The translations under genes were made by a program, and so were the position numbers. Positions 53,778 through 64,000 of a stretch of DNA of 64,000 nt are shown here, in pieces; position 1 is the stretch's first letter; every line of letters begins with the position of its first letter. The notes beneath the pieces were generated by a model. That model did no database searches. It was not told where the DNA came from and was given only the letters and a program-made list of their open reading frames with translations. The stretch lies in assembly GCA_963827615.1 (NCBI GenBank), contig CAWHCA010000003.1:13367-77366 (forward strand). The letters are read 5' to 3'. Origin of the DNA: an uncultured Gammaproteobacteria bacterium. Its GTDB lineage: Bacteria > Pseudomonadota > Gammaproteobacteria > Steroidobacterales > Steroidobacteraceae.

Positions 53778-55121
53778 ATGCTGACCCGCGGAACCCGCTC
53801 AACCGCTCTGCGACTGGCCTGGCTGGTGCTGTCGCTGGCCTGGTTGCCCGCGTGGGCGAGCCCCGCACACGTCACAGACGTCAGGTTGTGGTCCGGTCCG
53901 GAAGGCACGCGACTCGTCATCGAATTGTCGGCGCCCGTCGAGTACGACGTATTTGCGCTCGACGACCCTGACCGTATCGTCGTCGATCTCGCGAACACGA
54001 CTCTGCCAGCGAACGAGTCGCTTCCGCCGGGACAGGGCCCGGTGAAGTCGCTGCGTTCGGGTCCGCAGCAAGGGCAGGGCTTGCGCTTCGTCCTCGACGT
54101 GACCGAGGCGCTGAAGCCGCGCAGCTTCGTGGTCGGTCCTGACGGCAGCGCTGGGCATCGCCTGGTCGTCGAACTGCCCGGTTCGCCAGTGGTCGTCGCG
54201 GCGCCGATGAATGCTGCACGCACTTCGCCTGCGGGCAACGAGGTGCTCGCCATGGTCGCCGACACATCGCGCGCAGTGGCTGCGCCCGCGGTGCCGAAGG
54301 TTACCGAGCCGACTCCGTTGCCGACGAAGGTGGCGAGTCCGGCCGTCAAGGGCCGCGACCTGGTCATCGCGATCGACGCGGGCCACGGTGGACAGGATCC
54401 TGGCGCGATCGGCCGGGGCGGCACGCGCGAGAAGGACGTCACGCTCGCGATCGCACGCAAGCTTGCTGCGGAGATCAATGCGGAAGACGGCATGAAGGCC
54501 GTCCTGATCCGTGAAGGCGACTACTTCATCACCCTGGGTGGCCGCACGCGCAAGGCGCGCCAGCTCGGCGCCGACATGTTCGTCTCGATTCACGCCGACT
54601 CCGTGCAGAACCGTGCCGTGAGCGGTTCGTCGGTCTACGTGTTGTCGCTGCGTGGCGCCAGCGACGAGGCGGCGAAGTGGCTGGCGGATACCGAAAACGC
54701 GGCCGACCTGAAGGGTGGCGTCTCGCTCGACGAGAGCGACGACGTGCTGGCGTCGGTGCTGCTCGACGTCACGCAGAAGGAGTCGATCAGCGACAGTGTC
54801 GAAGCAGCCGACAGCGTCCTGACCGCGCTGCGCGGCGTAAGCAATACGCACGGCACGCCGCGTGTCCGGCACGCGGGCTTCATCGTGTTGAAGTCGCCGG
54901 ACATTCCTTCGATGCTGGTCGAGACAGCCTTCATCTCGAACGCGACCGACGAACGGCGCCTGCGCGATCCCGAGCACCAGTCACGCATTGCCGCTGCCGT
55001 GCGCACGGGCGTGCGCAACTACTGGTACGACAACCCGCCGCCCGGCTCGAAACTCGCAGCCATCGTGGCTGCGCAGCGAGGCGGCACGGCGGACGCCGGC
55101 ACGGCCGTCGCAGGACGCTGA
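53778..55121 (+). CDS. amiB: N-acetylmuramoyl-L-alanine amidase (AMIN domain + Amidase_3)
   Basis: Signal peptide, AMIN-like VTDVRLWSGPEGTRLVIEL, and amidase_3 motifs IAIDAGHGGQDPGA and FVSIHAD. It sits in the nnr-tsaE-amiB-mutL position. A perfect TATAAT at 53731-53736 lies upstream. Confidence 0.9.
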   Translation: MLTRGTRSTALRLAWLVLSLAWLPAWASPAHVTDVRLWSGPEGTRLVIELSAPVEYDVFALDDPDRIVVDLANTTLPANESLPPGQGPVKSLRSGPQQGQGLRFVLDVTEALKPRSFVVGPDGSAGHRLVVELPGSPVVVAAPMNAARTSPAGNEVLAMVADTSRAVAAPAVPKVTEPTPLPTKVASPAVKGRDLVIAIDAGHGGQDPGAIGRGGTREKDVTLAIARKLAAEINAEDGMKAVLIREGDYFITLGGRTRKARQLGADMFVSIHADSVQNRAVSGSSVYVLSLRGASDEAAKWLADTENAADLKGGVSLDESDDVLASVLLDVTQKESISDSVEAADSVLTALRGVSNTHGTPRVRHAGFIVLKSPDIPSMLVETAFISNATDERRLRDPEHQSRIAAAVRTGVRNYWYDNPPPGSKLAAIVAAQRGGTADAGTAVAGR

Positions 55122-55182
55122 TTCCCTTCGCTTTGCTATGCTCGCGCACCCGGCGCGAGCCGCCACGACTCTCCTGCCTGCC

Positions 55183-57030
55183 ATGACGATCCGGGTCCTG
55201 CCCGAGCAACTCGTTCACCAGATCGCTGCCGGCGAGGTGGTCGAGCGCCCGGCGTCCGTGATCAAGGAACTGGTCGAGAACAGCCTCGATGCCGGCGCGC
55301 TGGCGATCGACATCGAAGTCGAGAAGGGCGGCGCAGAGCTGTGTCGTGTGCGGGACGACGGCATCGGGATCGCCGCGGACGAGTTGCTGCTCGCCCTGGC
55401 CCGTCACGCCACCAGCAAGATCGGCAGCATCGATGACCTGGAGGCGGTGCGCACGCTGGGTTTCCGCGGCGAGGCCTTGCCGAGCATCGCGTCCGTCTCG
55501 CGCATGCGGATGATTTCGCGTCCGCGCGCCGCTGAGACGGCGCACATGGTTGCCGCCGTCGACGGTGCGCTGACGGGACCGGTGCCGCACCCGCATCCGC
55601 CCGGCACGACGGTCGAGGTCCGCGATCTGTTCTTCAACGTGCCCGCGCGGCGCAAGTTCCTGCGCTCCGAGCGCACGGAACTGGCGCAGATCGAACGGCT
55701 CGTGGAACGGCTCGCGCTCAGTCGTTTCGACGTCGGTTTCCGGCTGTCGTCTGCACGCAAGGTGCTCGCCGATCATCCGCCGGCGCGCGACGAACGCTCG
55801 CGCGATGCCCGTGTCGCGGCGATGCTGGGCGAGGACTTCATCGCCAACGCGATGAAGCTCGATCACGAAGGGTCGGGCCTGCGGCTGCACGGCTGGTTCT
55901 GCCTGCCGACATACGCGCGCAGCCAGGCCGACCAGCAGTACTTCTTCCTCAACGGCCGGCCGCTGCGCGACAAGCTCATCGCGAGCGCAGTGCGGCTCGC
56001 GTATCGCGACGTCCTGTTCCATGGCCGCCATCCAGCGTACGTGCTGTTCCTCGAGATGGACCCCGTGCGTGTCGACGTGAACGCGCACCCGCAGAAACTC
56101 GAGGTGCGTTTTCGCGAACCCGGCCTGATCCACGATTTCCTGTTTCGCACGCTCGAGCGCGCGCTCGCCGAAACGCGGCCGACCCAGTCCGCTGCCGATG
56201 CGATTCCCGCCGCTCGCGCCGACTGGTCATTGCCCGGCAGCGCGTCGCTCGACTGGTCGCGCGGCAGCGCCGGCGACGTCAGCGGTTCGTACCAGGCGCG
56301 CCGCGCCTTTCCGACTATCCCCTATCCCCTATCCTCCAACCCCTCGGTGGCTGGCGCACAAACCGCGGCGACGGATATGTATCGCGCGTTTGACCAGGTG
56401 CGCGAAATCGCAGCATCTGACGCCGCCGCCGCCGCTACGCCCGCCGCCGAACATCCCCTGGGCTACGCCATTGCGCAGCTGCACGGCGTTTACATCCTCG
56501 CGCAGGCGCGAGGGGGCCTCGTGCTGGTCGACATGCATGCCGCGCACGAGCGCACCACGTACGAGCGGCTGAAGGCCGCGATGCAGTCCGACCGCTTGCC
56601 GGCGCAGCCGCTGCTGGTGCCGATTGTGGTCCACGTTGCGGTCGCCGACGCGGACGAGGCGGAATCGCACGCCGGGTTGTTCGCGAGCCTCGGCCTTGCA
56701 ATCGATCGCAGCGGACCTGCGTCGTTGCTGGTGCGATCGACGCCGGCATTGCTGCCCAACATCGATCCCGCCACCTTGCTGAAGGACATGATTGCGGACC
56801 TGCGTGAGCAGGGAAGTGCCGCGACGACGGCGGCCTTCGACCGCGCGCTCGGCACCATGGCCTGCCACCAGGCCGTCCGCGCCAACCGCCGGCTGACCGT
56901 ACCCGAGATGAATGCTCTGCTGCGGGAAATGGAGCAGACGGTGCGCAGTGATCAGTGCGTGCACGGACGTCCGACCTGGTCGTTCGTCAGCATGGACGAT
57001 CTCGACCGGCTGTTCCTGCGCGGACGATGA
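55183..57030 (+). CDS. mutL: DNA mismatch repair endonuclease MutL
   Basis: ATG at 55183: MTIRVLPEQLVHQIAAGEVVERPASVIKELVENSLDAG, plus the C-terminal ACHQAVRANRRL and CVHGRPT motifs. Confidence 0.95.
   Translation: MTIRVLPEQLVHQIAAGEVVERPASVIKELVENSLDAGALAIDIEVEKGGAELCRVRDDGIGIAADELLLALARHATSKIGSIDDLEAVRTLGFRGEALPSIASVSRMRMISRPRAAETAHMVAAVDGALTGPVPHPHPPGTTVEVRDLFFNVPARRKFLRSERTELAQIERLVERLALSRFDVGFRLSSARKVLADHPPARDERSRDARVAAMLGEDFIANAMKLDHEGSGLRLHGWFCLPTYARSQADQQYFFLNGRPLRDKLIASAVRLAYRDVLFHGRHPAYVLFLEMDPVRVDVNAHPQKLEVRFREPGLIHDFLFRTLERALAETRPTQSAADAIPAARADWSLPGSASLDWSRGSAGDVSGSYQARRAFPTIPYPLSSNPSVAGAQTAATDMYRAFDQVREIAASDAAAAATPAAEHPLGYAIAQLHGVYILAQARGGLVLVDMHAAHERTTYERLKAAMQSDRLPAQPLLVPIVVHVAVADADEAESHAGLFASLGLAIDRSGPASLLVRSTPALLPNIDPATLLKDMIADLREQGSAATTAAFDRALGTMACHQAVRANRRLTVPEMNALLREMEQTVRSDQCVHGRPTWSFVSMDDLDRLFLRGR
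56311..56344. repeat. Solo in-frame copy of the GGGGATA-hairpin arm inside the mutL linker
   Basis: CCGACTATCCCCTATCCCCTATCCTCCAACCCC shares CCGACTATCCCC plus CCCCTATCCCC-type units with the right arm at 50608-50644. It encodes ...FPTIPYPLSSNPS... in the variable MutL linker. Confidence 0.7.
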
Positions 57031-58001
57031 CTGCCGCGGCGAGTACCATCGACGACGCGCCCGACGCTGTCTGCCTGATGGGGCCGACGTGCACGGGCAA
57101 GACCGCGCTGGCCCTGCAACTGGCGCAGCGGTTTCCGCTCGAGATCGTCAGCGTCGATTCGGCGCTGGTCTATCGCGGCATGGACATCGGCACGTCGAAG
57201 CCGTCGCCGGCCGAACGCGCGGCCGTGCCGCATCACCTCATCGACATCTGTGATCCGTCGCAGCCGTATTCCGCCGGACGGTTCCTGCGCGACGCCCTCC
57301 AGTGCATCGCTGAAATTCGTGCTCGCGGCCGGGTCCCCCTGCTGGTTGGCGGCACGATGCTGTACTACCGCGCGCTGACCCACGGGCTCGCGCCCTTGCC
57401 CGCAGCCGACCCCCAGGTGCGCGCTGCCCTGGACCTGGTCGCGCAAGCGACCGGCTGGCCCGCCATGCATGCCGAGCTCGCTGCGCGCGATCCAGTTGCA
57501 GCAAGCCGGATTCAACCCGCGGATGCCCAGCGAATCCAGCGGGCGCTCGAAGTCCTGCAGCTCACCGGCGAACGACTGTCAGACCTGCAGCAGCAGTCCG
57601 AACCCCCTGCGGTCCGTCTCGCGCGGTTCGCCCTGATGCCCGTTTCGCGGCCGGAGCTGTACGTCCGGATCAATGCGCGGTTCGACCAGATGGTCGCGGC
57701 CGGACTGGTGGACGAGGTCAGGTCGCTGCGGGCCCGGGGCGACCTCGACCCGGACCTGCCCAGCCTGCGGGCCGTTGGTTACCGCCAGATCTGGCGGTAT
57801 CTCGATGGCGAGTGCAGCCTGGAGGACGCCCTGGCGGCCGCCCGGCAGGCGACCCGCAACCTGGCCAAGCGCCAGCTGACGTGGCTCCGTGGCGATCCGG
57901 CCATTGCCTGGGTGCCGTCCCTTGTAGAACGCGATCTCGTCCCGATATACGACGCCGTATCCAGCGCGGCCGGGAAAATTGGCGCGAAACCCGTGTGCTA
58001 G
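57027..58001 (+). CDS. miaA: tRNA dimethylallyltransferase
   Basis: The ATG at 57027 overlaps the mutL stop (ATGA). Motifs are [10 protein letters not shown] and [18 protein letters not shown]. Confidence 0.95.
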   Translation: MTAAASTIDDAPDAVCLMGPTCTGKTALALQLAQRFPLEIVSVDSALVYRGMDIGTSKPSPAERAAVPHHLIDICDPSQPYSAGRFLRDALQCIAEIRARGRVPLLVGGTMLYYRALTHGLAPLPAADPQVRAALDLVAQATGWPAMHAELAARDPVAASRIQPADAQRIQRALEVLQLTGERLSDLQQQSEPPAVRLARFALMPVSRPELYVRINARFDQMVAAGLVDEVRSLRARGDLDPDLPSLRAVGYRQIWRYLDGECSLEDALAAARQATRNLAKRQLTWLRGDPAIAWVPSLVERDLVPIYDAVSSAAGKIGAKPVC

Positions 58002-58105
58002 ACTGGCCCCGTTCTTGCTGGGAGCCTGGGGCATCCAGGCGGGCCGTTTCACGGAAGAAGCTGTGCAGGAACGAACGGCACCAGAGAAAAAAGGAGACGA
58101 TAACA

Positions 58106-58366
58106 ATGGCCAAGGGCCAGTCCCTGCAGGATCCATTCCTGAACGCTCTGCGCAAGGAGCGCATCCCTGTTTCCATCTATCTGGTCAACGGCATCAAGCT
58201 GCAGGGCCAGATCGACTCGTTTGACCAGTTCGTGGTCCTGCTGCGCAATAGCGTGAGCCAGATGGTCTACAAGCACGCAATCTCGACGATCGTGCCGGCC
58301 CGCAACGTGCGCCTGCCGGCGGGCGATGATGACCTGCCGCCGCTCGAGGACGCCCCCGCGGGCTGA
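58106..58366 (+). CDS. hfq: RNA chaperone Hfq
   Basis: [64 protein letters not shown]. An AAGGAG RBS lies at 58091-58096. Confidence 0.97.
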   Translation: MAKGQSLQDPFLNALRKERIPVSIYLVNGIKLQGQIDSFDQFVVLLRNSVSQMVYKHAISTIVPARNVRLPAGDDDLPPLEDAPAG

Positions 58367-58392
58367 GCCGGACCAGGCGAGGGCAGGGAGCA

Positions 58393-59739
58393 TTGTTCGA
58401 AAGGCCGGCCAGCGGCGAACGCGCGATCCTGGTCTGTGTGGGGCTCGGTCGAGCCCCTGAGCCCGATCGCGTCGAGGAATTCGGCGCGCTCGCGCGTTCG
58501 GCCGGCGCGCAGGTGCTCGAAGTGCTGGCGCCCACCCGCAAGGCCGCCGATCCCCGCTTCCTGATCGGGTCCGGCAAGGTCGAAGAGCTGCGCGCGCGCG
58601 TCAAAGCCCTCGCCGCCGATCTCGTCGTCATCGACGGCGCGCTGAGCCCCAGCCAGGAACGCAATCTCGAAAAGGAACTGCAGTGCCGCGTGCTCGATCG
58701 CAGCGGCCTGATCCTCGACATCTTCGCGCAACGCGCGCGCACGTTCGAAGGCAAGTTGCAGGTTGAACTCGCACAGCTGCAGCACATGTCGACGCGTCTC
58801 GTGCGCGGCTGGACCCATCTCGAGCGCCAGCGCGGCGGCGGCATCGGCCTGCGCGGACCGGGTGAAACCCAGCTCGAAACCGACCGCCGACTGATCGGCA
58901 AGCGCATCAAGACCCTCAACGATCGCATCGAGAAGGTGCTGCAGCAGCGTGAGACCACGCGGCAGGAGCGCAAGCGGCAGGAGGTTCCGACCATCGCGCT
59001 GGTCGGTTACACGAACGCTGGCAAGTCGACCCTGTTCAATCGGCTCACGCGCTCCGACGCGTATGCAGCCGACCAGTTGTTCGCGACGCTCGATCCGACG
59101 GTACGACGCCTGCACCTGGCGCCCGGCCTCGAGACGGCGCTCGCCGATACGGTCGGATTCGTGCGCGACCTGCCGCACGAACTGGTCGCCGCATTCCGCT
59201 CGACGCTGCAGGAAGCCCGCGAAGCCGACCTGCTGCTGCACGTCATCGATGCGTCCGATCCCGAGCGCAACGACCGCATCGCGCAGGTCGACGAGGTGCT
59301 CGAGTCGATCGGCGCGCGGGGCGTGCGGCAGATCGCGGTGTACAACAAGATCGACCGCACGGGTGAACCGCCGCGGTCGGAAACCGGCGCGGACGGTCGC
59401 ATCGACCGGGTCTGGCTTTCGGCGCACAGTGGTGCGGGAATCGACCTGTTGCTGCAGGCATTGCATCAGGCGCTCGGCGCCGACCTCTGCCGGTGTACCC
59501 TGCGCCTTCCGCCCCAGGCTGGACGCGCCAGGGCCCGGCTCTTCGCGGCGGGAGCGGTCATTTCGCACAAGACCCTGGCGGACGGCGTCGTCGAGGCCGA
59601 GATCAGCCTGCGCCGGCAGGACCTCGAACGAATCTGCCGTGAGGACGGGATCGAGCTGCCAACGACAAACGAGCCTTGTGCCGACACGGGGCGGTTTCTA
59701 CAATCCAGCGAATCTTTGGCGACCCGGGGTGCGGCATGA
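58393..59739 (+). CDS. hflX: GTPase HflX
   Basis: MFERP start (TTG), G1 motif GYTNAGKST, and DTVGF and NKID motifs. Confidence 0.95.
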   Translation: MFERPASGERAILVCVGLGRAPEPDRVEEFGALARSAGAQVLEVLAPTRKAADPRFLIGSGKVEELRARVKALAADLVVIDGALSPSQERNLEKELQCRVLDRSGLILDIFAQRARTFEGKLQVELAQLQHMSTRLVRGWTHLERQRGGGIGLRGPGETQLETDRRLIGKRIKTLNDRIEKVLQQRETTRQERKRQEVPTIALVGYTNAGKSTLFNRLTRSDAYAADQLFATLDPTVRRLHLAPGLETALADTVGFVRDLPHELVAAFRSTLQEAREADLLLHVIDASDPERNDRIAQVDEVLESIGARGVRQIAVYNKIDRTGEPPRSETGADGRIDRVWLSAHSGAGIDLLLQALHQALGADLCRCTLRLPPQAGRARARLFAAGAVISHKTLADGVVEAEISLRRQDLERICREDGIELPTTNEPCADTGRFLQSSESLATRGAA

Positions 59740-59816
59740 CGGCCGACGCCCGCAAGCAACGCCCGGGATTCGCTTTCAAGTCCCTGAAAAACCAAGCATC
59801 CGGAGCACTCCCACCC

Positions 59817-61003
59817 ATGGCCTGGAACGACCCGGGCAAGAATCGCAATCCCTGGGGCAACCGCCCCGACAAGGGAGCGGCCGACCTTGACGAGGCCCTG
59901 CGCAACTTGCAACGCAAACTGTCCCAGATGTTCGGGGGCAAAGGTGGAGGTGGCGACGACGGCGGCCGTGAAGACGGTGGCGGCGGTTTCGGCGGTGGCA
60001 GCAATGCCATGCGCGGTTTCGGCTTCAGCACCGTCGCGCTGGTGCTGGTCGGCGTCTGGGCGCTTACCGGTTTCTACGTGGTCGACGCCGCCGAACGCGG
60101 CGTGGTCACGCGCTTCGGACGGTTCGTCGCGGCGACCGAACCCGGCCTGCGGTGGCACATTCCGTGGCCCGTCGAGGCGCGCCAGATCATCAACGTCGAG
60201 ACCGATCGAGGGCGTGAACGATCAGACGCGCATGCTCACCGCGGACGAAAACCTCGTCGACATCAACATCGCCGTGCAGTACCGGCGTGCGGAGCCGGTG
60301 GCGTACGCGTTCAACGTGCGCGATCCCGACCAGACGTTGAAGGAAGTCGCCGAGAGCGCCATCCGCGAGATCGTCGGTCGCAGCCAGCTCGACTTCGTGC
60401 TCGAGCAGGGCCGCCAGGAAATCACGGCCAAGACCAAGGAACTGATCCAGCGCACGCTCGATGCCTACAAGACCGGCATCGAGGTGACGACGGTCAACCT
60501 GCAGGGCGTCAGCGTGCCGGAGCAGGTCCAGAGTTCGCAGCGCGACGCCATCAAGGCGCGTGAAGACCGCGAACGTCTCGCCCTGGAGGCGCAGGCCTAC
60601 GCCAACGACATCCTGCCGAAAGCCAAGGGCTCGGCCGCACGCCAATCCGGAGGACGCAGCGGCCTACAAGGCACGTATCGTCGCCGACGCCGAAGGTGAA
60701 GCGCAGCGCTTCTCGCAGCTGCTGGCGAGCTACCTGCGGGCGCCAAGCGTCACGCGCCAGCGCCTGTACTTCGAGACCCTGGAAGTGGTGCTGGGCAACA
60801 CGAACAAGGTGCTGGTCGACACCAAGGGCACGGGCAACATGATTTACCTGCCGCTCGACAAGCTGACCGAGGGGCGCACCCGCACACTGACGCTCGACGA
60901 GCAGCGCCAGGTCCCTGACACTGTCCAGCCCCGGGCTGAGGCTGGCGGGGCCGCCCCCGTCGAAGCTGCGCCCGATGCCAACCGCGAGCGGGGGTCACGC
61001 TGA
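59817..61003 (+). pseudogene. hflK: HflK, reading frame broken twice (near 60198-60212 and 60638-60650); possibly assembly indels
   Basis: MAWNDPGKNRNPWG... runs to ...RQIINVETD in frame 1. Frame 2 then reads IEGVNDQTRMLTADENLVDINIAVQYR...ILPKAKGSAAR. Frame 3 reads PEDAAAYKARIVADAEGEAQRF...LYFETLEVVLGN... through to the stop at 61003. The three pieces are collinear with E. coli HflK as I recall it. Confidence 0.85.
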
Positions 61004-61872
61004 TGCCAAACCGTGGTTACCTGCCGTTGATCCTGGTCGGCGCCGCCCTGCTGCTGTTCTCGATGGCGGCGTTTACCGTGCGCGAAACCGAGCTCGCGCT
61101 CAAGTTCCGCTTCGGCGAGATCGTGCGCGCCGACTACAAGCCCGGCCTGCATTTCCTGACGCCGTTCGTGAACAACGTGATCAAGTTCGACAGGCGGATC
61201 CTGACCGAGGATTACCCGGCCGAACAGTTCCTGACCAGCGAAGGCAAGATCCTGCGCATCAACTTCTTCGTGAAGTGGCGCATCAGCGACGTCTCCCGCT
61301 TCTACACCTCCACCTCGGGTGGCAGCGAGGAAGTCGCGAACCGTCGCCTTGGTGAAATCATCAAGGACGGCATCAAGACCGTCATCGCGCGCCGCACCAT
61401 CCAGCAGGTCGTGGCGGCGGACCGCAGCGAGTTCCTCGGCGAAGTGCTCGAGATTGCCGGCAAGAACGTCGGCAACCTGGGCATCGCGCTGGTCGACGTG
61501 CGCGTGAAGAACATCGAGTTGCCGGAGGAGGTCAGCGAGTCGGTGTTCAACCGCATGCGGCAGGACTTCGCACGCCAGGCGGCGCAGCTGCGAGCCGAGG
61601 GTTCCGCGGTGTCGGAACGCACGCGCGCCGAGGCGGATCGCCAGCGCACGGAAATCCTGGCCAACGCCTATCGCGAGGCCGAGATCATCAAGGGCCAGGG
61701 CGACGCGGCGGCGGCCGACATCTACGGCAAGGCGTACGGCGCGAACCCTGAGTTCTTCGCGTTCCACCGCTCAATGCAGGCCTATCGCCGGTCGCTCGGC
61801 AAGCAGGGCGACGTGCTCGTGATCGCGCCCGACGGCGAGTTCTTCGAGTACCTGAAGGAATCCGGGCGCTGA
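61003..61872 (+). CDS. hflC: HflC (SPFH/band 7) protease modulator
   Basis: 289 aa. The start overlaps the hflK stop by 1 nt (TGATG). It has an N-terminal TM segment and the SPFH domain. Confidence 0.9.
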   Translation: MPNRGYLPLILVGAALLLFSMAAFTVRETELALKFRFGEIVRADYKPGLHFLTPFVNNVIKFDRRILTEDYPAEQFLTSEGKILRINFFVKWRISDVSRFYTSTSGGSEEVANRRLGEIIKDGIKTVIARRTIQQVVAADRSEFLGEVLEIAGKNVGNLGIALVDVRVKNIELPEEVSESVFNRMRQDFARQAAQLRAEGSAVSERTRAEADRQRTEILANAYREAEIIKGQGDAAAADIYGKAYGANPEFFAFHRSMQAYRRSLGKQGDVLVIAPDGEFFEYLKESGR

Positions 61873-61900
61873 CCACAGCGCCCGGCAACCCCGCTCGTCG

Positions 61901-63438
<1,538 letters not shown>

Positions 63439-63440
<2 letters not shown>

Positions 63441-63665
63441 GGAAGGGGAGGAAGGGCAGGAAGGGCAGGAAGGAGAGGAAGGGCAGGAAGGAGTCAGCAC
63501 GGACAACTTCTGTACCTCCAACTAATCCCTATGCCGGAATCCATCGTCCCGCCCTAGTATCCGCAGGTATCCGGCGTACTAGCCTGCGGACACGCTTTCC
63601 GCCAACACTTCCGATACCTTCCTTGCCTTCCTCCCCTTCCTCCCTTCCTCCCTTCCTCCCCTTCC
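63439..63665. repeat. Large hairpin with a polypurine GGAAGG-repeat left arm and a polypyrimidine right arm, filling the purA / acyl-CoA dehydrogenase gap
   Basis: The left arm is GAGGAAGGGGAGGAAGGGCAGGAAGGGCAGGAAGGAGAGGAAGGGCAGGAAGGAG (63439-63493). The right arm is CCTTCCTTGCCTTCCTCCCCTTCCTCCCTTCCTCCCTTCCTCCCCTTCC (63617-63665). The ~120-nt loop holds an inner 7-bp hairpin, CCGCAGG...CCTGCGG. Confidence 0.85.
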
Positions 63666-63666
63666 A

Positions 63667-64000
63667 ATGAAACCCTACGAATCCCCCTGGATGGACGACG
63701 ACCTCCGCATGCTGCGCGAGGCGATTTCCCGTTATGTCGACGCCGAGATGCTGCCGCTGGACGCGAAGTGGCGGGCGGAGCATCGAGTGGACAAGGAATC
63801 GTGGCGCAAGATCGGCGCGGCTGGATTCCTGCTGATGGACGTGCCCGCGGAATACGGTGGCGGCGGTGGCGATTTCCGTCACGAGACGCTGCTGTACGAG
63901 GAACTCAACCGGCGCGGCGTTTCCGGCTTCGGCCAGGGCGTGCACAGCATCGCGGCGCACTACGTGCTCAATTACGGCACCGAGGAGCAGAAGCAGCGCT
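63667..64000 (+). CDS. Acyl-CoA dehydrogenase, N-terminal 111 codons (continues beyond the window)
   Basis: Hand translation from the ATG at 63667 gives MKPYESPWMDDDLRMLREAISRYVDAEMLPLDAKWRAEH...GFLLMDVPAEYGGGGGDF...HYVLNYGTEEQKQR, a typical ACAD N-terminal domain. It is absent from the ORF track because it is open at the window end. Confidence 0.8.
   Translation, partial: MKPYESPWMDDDLRMLREAISRYVDAEMLPLDAKWRAEHRVDKESWRKIGAAGFLLMDVPAEYGGGGGDFRHETLLYEELNRRGVSGFGQGVHSIAAHYVLNYGTEEQKQR

Overview
Visibly GC-rich gammaproteobacterial chromosome fragment. The gene order looks Xanthomonadales/Nevskiales-like, but that is inference from synteny only. All family names come from motif recognition by eye; nothing was searched.

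Two conserved housekeeping blocks flank an accessory middle.
- Left block (1-7.6 kb): valS (partial), holC and pepA, divergent from lptF-lptG, then an RDD protein.
- Right block (45.9-64 kb): tRNA-Glu(CUC), pcnB-folK-dNK-panB-panC, queG, nnr-tsaE-amiB-mutL-miaA-hfq-hflX-hflK-hflC-DUF2065-purA, and the start of an acyl-CoA dehydrogenase.

The accessory middle (7.6-45.9 kb) contains:
- an SbtA/P-II-like pair
- a cytochrome b561 / cytochrome c-prime pair
- an operon of repeat-rich lipoproteins, one ending in a PKD plus c-type haem module
- an orphan family-5 solute-binding protein
- a patch of conflict/recognition-type genes: an N-terminal TIR-TM-TPR protein, two tandem secreted C-type-lectin paralogues with canonical EPN/WND motifs, an Nramp-like permease, a SLOG-like domain fused to two 2TM SLATT-like modules, an LssY_C-like protein and a two-HKD phospholipase-D lipoprotein
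- a roughly 15 kb glycan/peptide-like biosynthetic locus: pyruvyl transferase, CapK/PaaK-like adenylating enzyme, GT4, five FemAB/CelD/GNAT-type genes, ATP-grasp ligase, PrpF-like isomerase, methyltransferase and ABC exporter. It ends at a degraded IS3-family element wedged between tRNA-Glu and a 22-nt copy of that tRNA's 3' end.

Most interesting:
1. The TIR protein and the SLOG-2TM protein lie in one 9 kb patch, giving Thoeris-like signal/sensor logic in new architectures.
2. The TIR-TM-TPR receptor sits next to duplicated CTLD proteins.
3. Three unusual intergenic hairpin elements are present. One is a pair of structure-conserving inverted repeats with compensatory stems and conserved loops. 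One is a G-quadruplex-capable GGGGATA hairpin with an in-frame solo copy inside mutL. One is a purine/pyrimidine mirror hairpin.
4. There are many apparent single-nucleotide frameshifts, including in core genes (hflK twice, probably pcnB). This argues for assembly indel errors and tempers any pseudogene call.
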